NCBI GenBank assembly: GCA_965287045.1
Contig: OZ336877.1
Coordinates: 88,474,001 to 88,538,000, forward strand
Source of the DNA: Carcharhinus amblyrhynchos
Taxonomy: Eukaryota
Length of the DNA: 64,000 nucleotides
Direction: 5' to 3'
Part shown: positions 63,349-64,000 of the stretch, in pieces
Position numbering within the stretch: the stretch's first letter is position 1
How the letters are laid out: every line of letters begins with the position of its first letter
Position numbers and translations under genes: made by a program
Notes under the pieces: model-generated
Told to the model about the DNA's origin: nothing
The model's database searches: none
The model's input: only the letters and a program-made list of their open reading frames with translations

Positions 63349-64000
63349 CAGTGTAATCACAAATTCTAACCACTAGGTGGATCTGATCCTAATTCAGAAC
63401 CATTTATACCAGTTCTGTGACCATACTGTTTTTCTTGTAATTGGGTAAGTTTGATGCGCACTTTGATATATTAAAATTTATTTTAACAAAGCCCTTCTTC
63501 CCTCCAGGTATTAAGACAAAAATCTGACTGTCCATCCATCCCACCATGCTACCTTTGGTCCTTGTGCCCTATTGCAAGCCTGCTGATTCTCCTGACTTAT
63601 TCAGTGAGTCACATTTCCAGACTTCACTCTCCCATTCAGCCATTTCTGACACCAGTGATTCCTCTGAGGCAGTCTCACCACTCCTCTGCTGTTGGCGGAT
63701 GCCTCCAATGCCAGGAAAATGTTCTCTGGATCAGGCCATCGTTCTGTCCATATCTATATCCTTAGCATCGTTGGTCCTGTCTACACCTCAAAACATTTTC
63801 CTGCATTCATGGTCATTCATGCATTAATCCGCATTTATTTTTATACTTAAGTATTTGGCCCCTAGGCTGAAATAGTAATTATCCTGTCAAATGACTTCCT
63901 TTATTGTCTAACTCCTTGTGTGTTTCAAATGTTTTACTTGTTAAAATAATGGTGGGTCACTAAATGAAGTACCAGGTGTTGACTGTAGTGTATGCTGGCC

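Noticed and set aside
50548-64000. Start of the neighbouring gene (INTS8 follows DPY19L4 in human)
   Set aside because: No CpG island or recognisable INTS8 exon seen in the window
1-64000. CRISPR arrays, operons or other prokaryotic/viral systems
   Set aside because: The sequence is a spliced vertebrate locus; no regularly spaced direct repeats or dense ORFs

Overview
Vertebrate nuclear DNA, most likely a shark/elasmobranch judging by the repeat families (HE1-like tRNA SINEs, DeuSINE remnants, CR1, Penelope/Neptune). The window holds the last 13 coding exons (523 codons plus stop, + strand, 1294-50547) of a DPY19-family C-mannosyltransferase-like gene, best matching DPY19L4. All introns are GT-AG and phase-consistent. 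The introns are packed with retroelements: a decayed Gypsy LTR element carrying nested insertions, many CR1 fragments, Rex-Babar and L2/Daphne-like LINE pieces, SINEs and MITE-like elements. The most striking structure is three independent fold-back (palindromic) Penelope-like insertions, each flanked by an 11-14 bp target-site duplication and carrying a minimal type I hammerhead ribozyme motif in both arms. One of them is a spacer-less 1.71 kb palindrome with only one visible mismatch. Also notable are a 5' tRNA-Ala half fused to a SINE, a CR1 tail carrying about 390 bp of captured foreign sequence, a same-strand bias of all young SINEs, and a 3'UTR hairpin. Family assignments rest on motif recognition, not on database searches.
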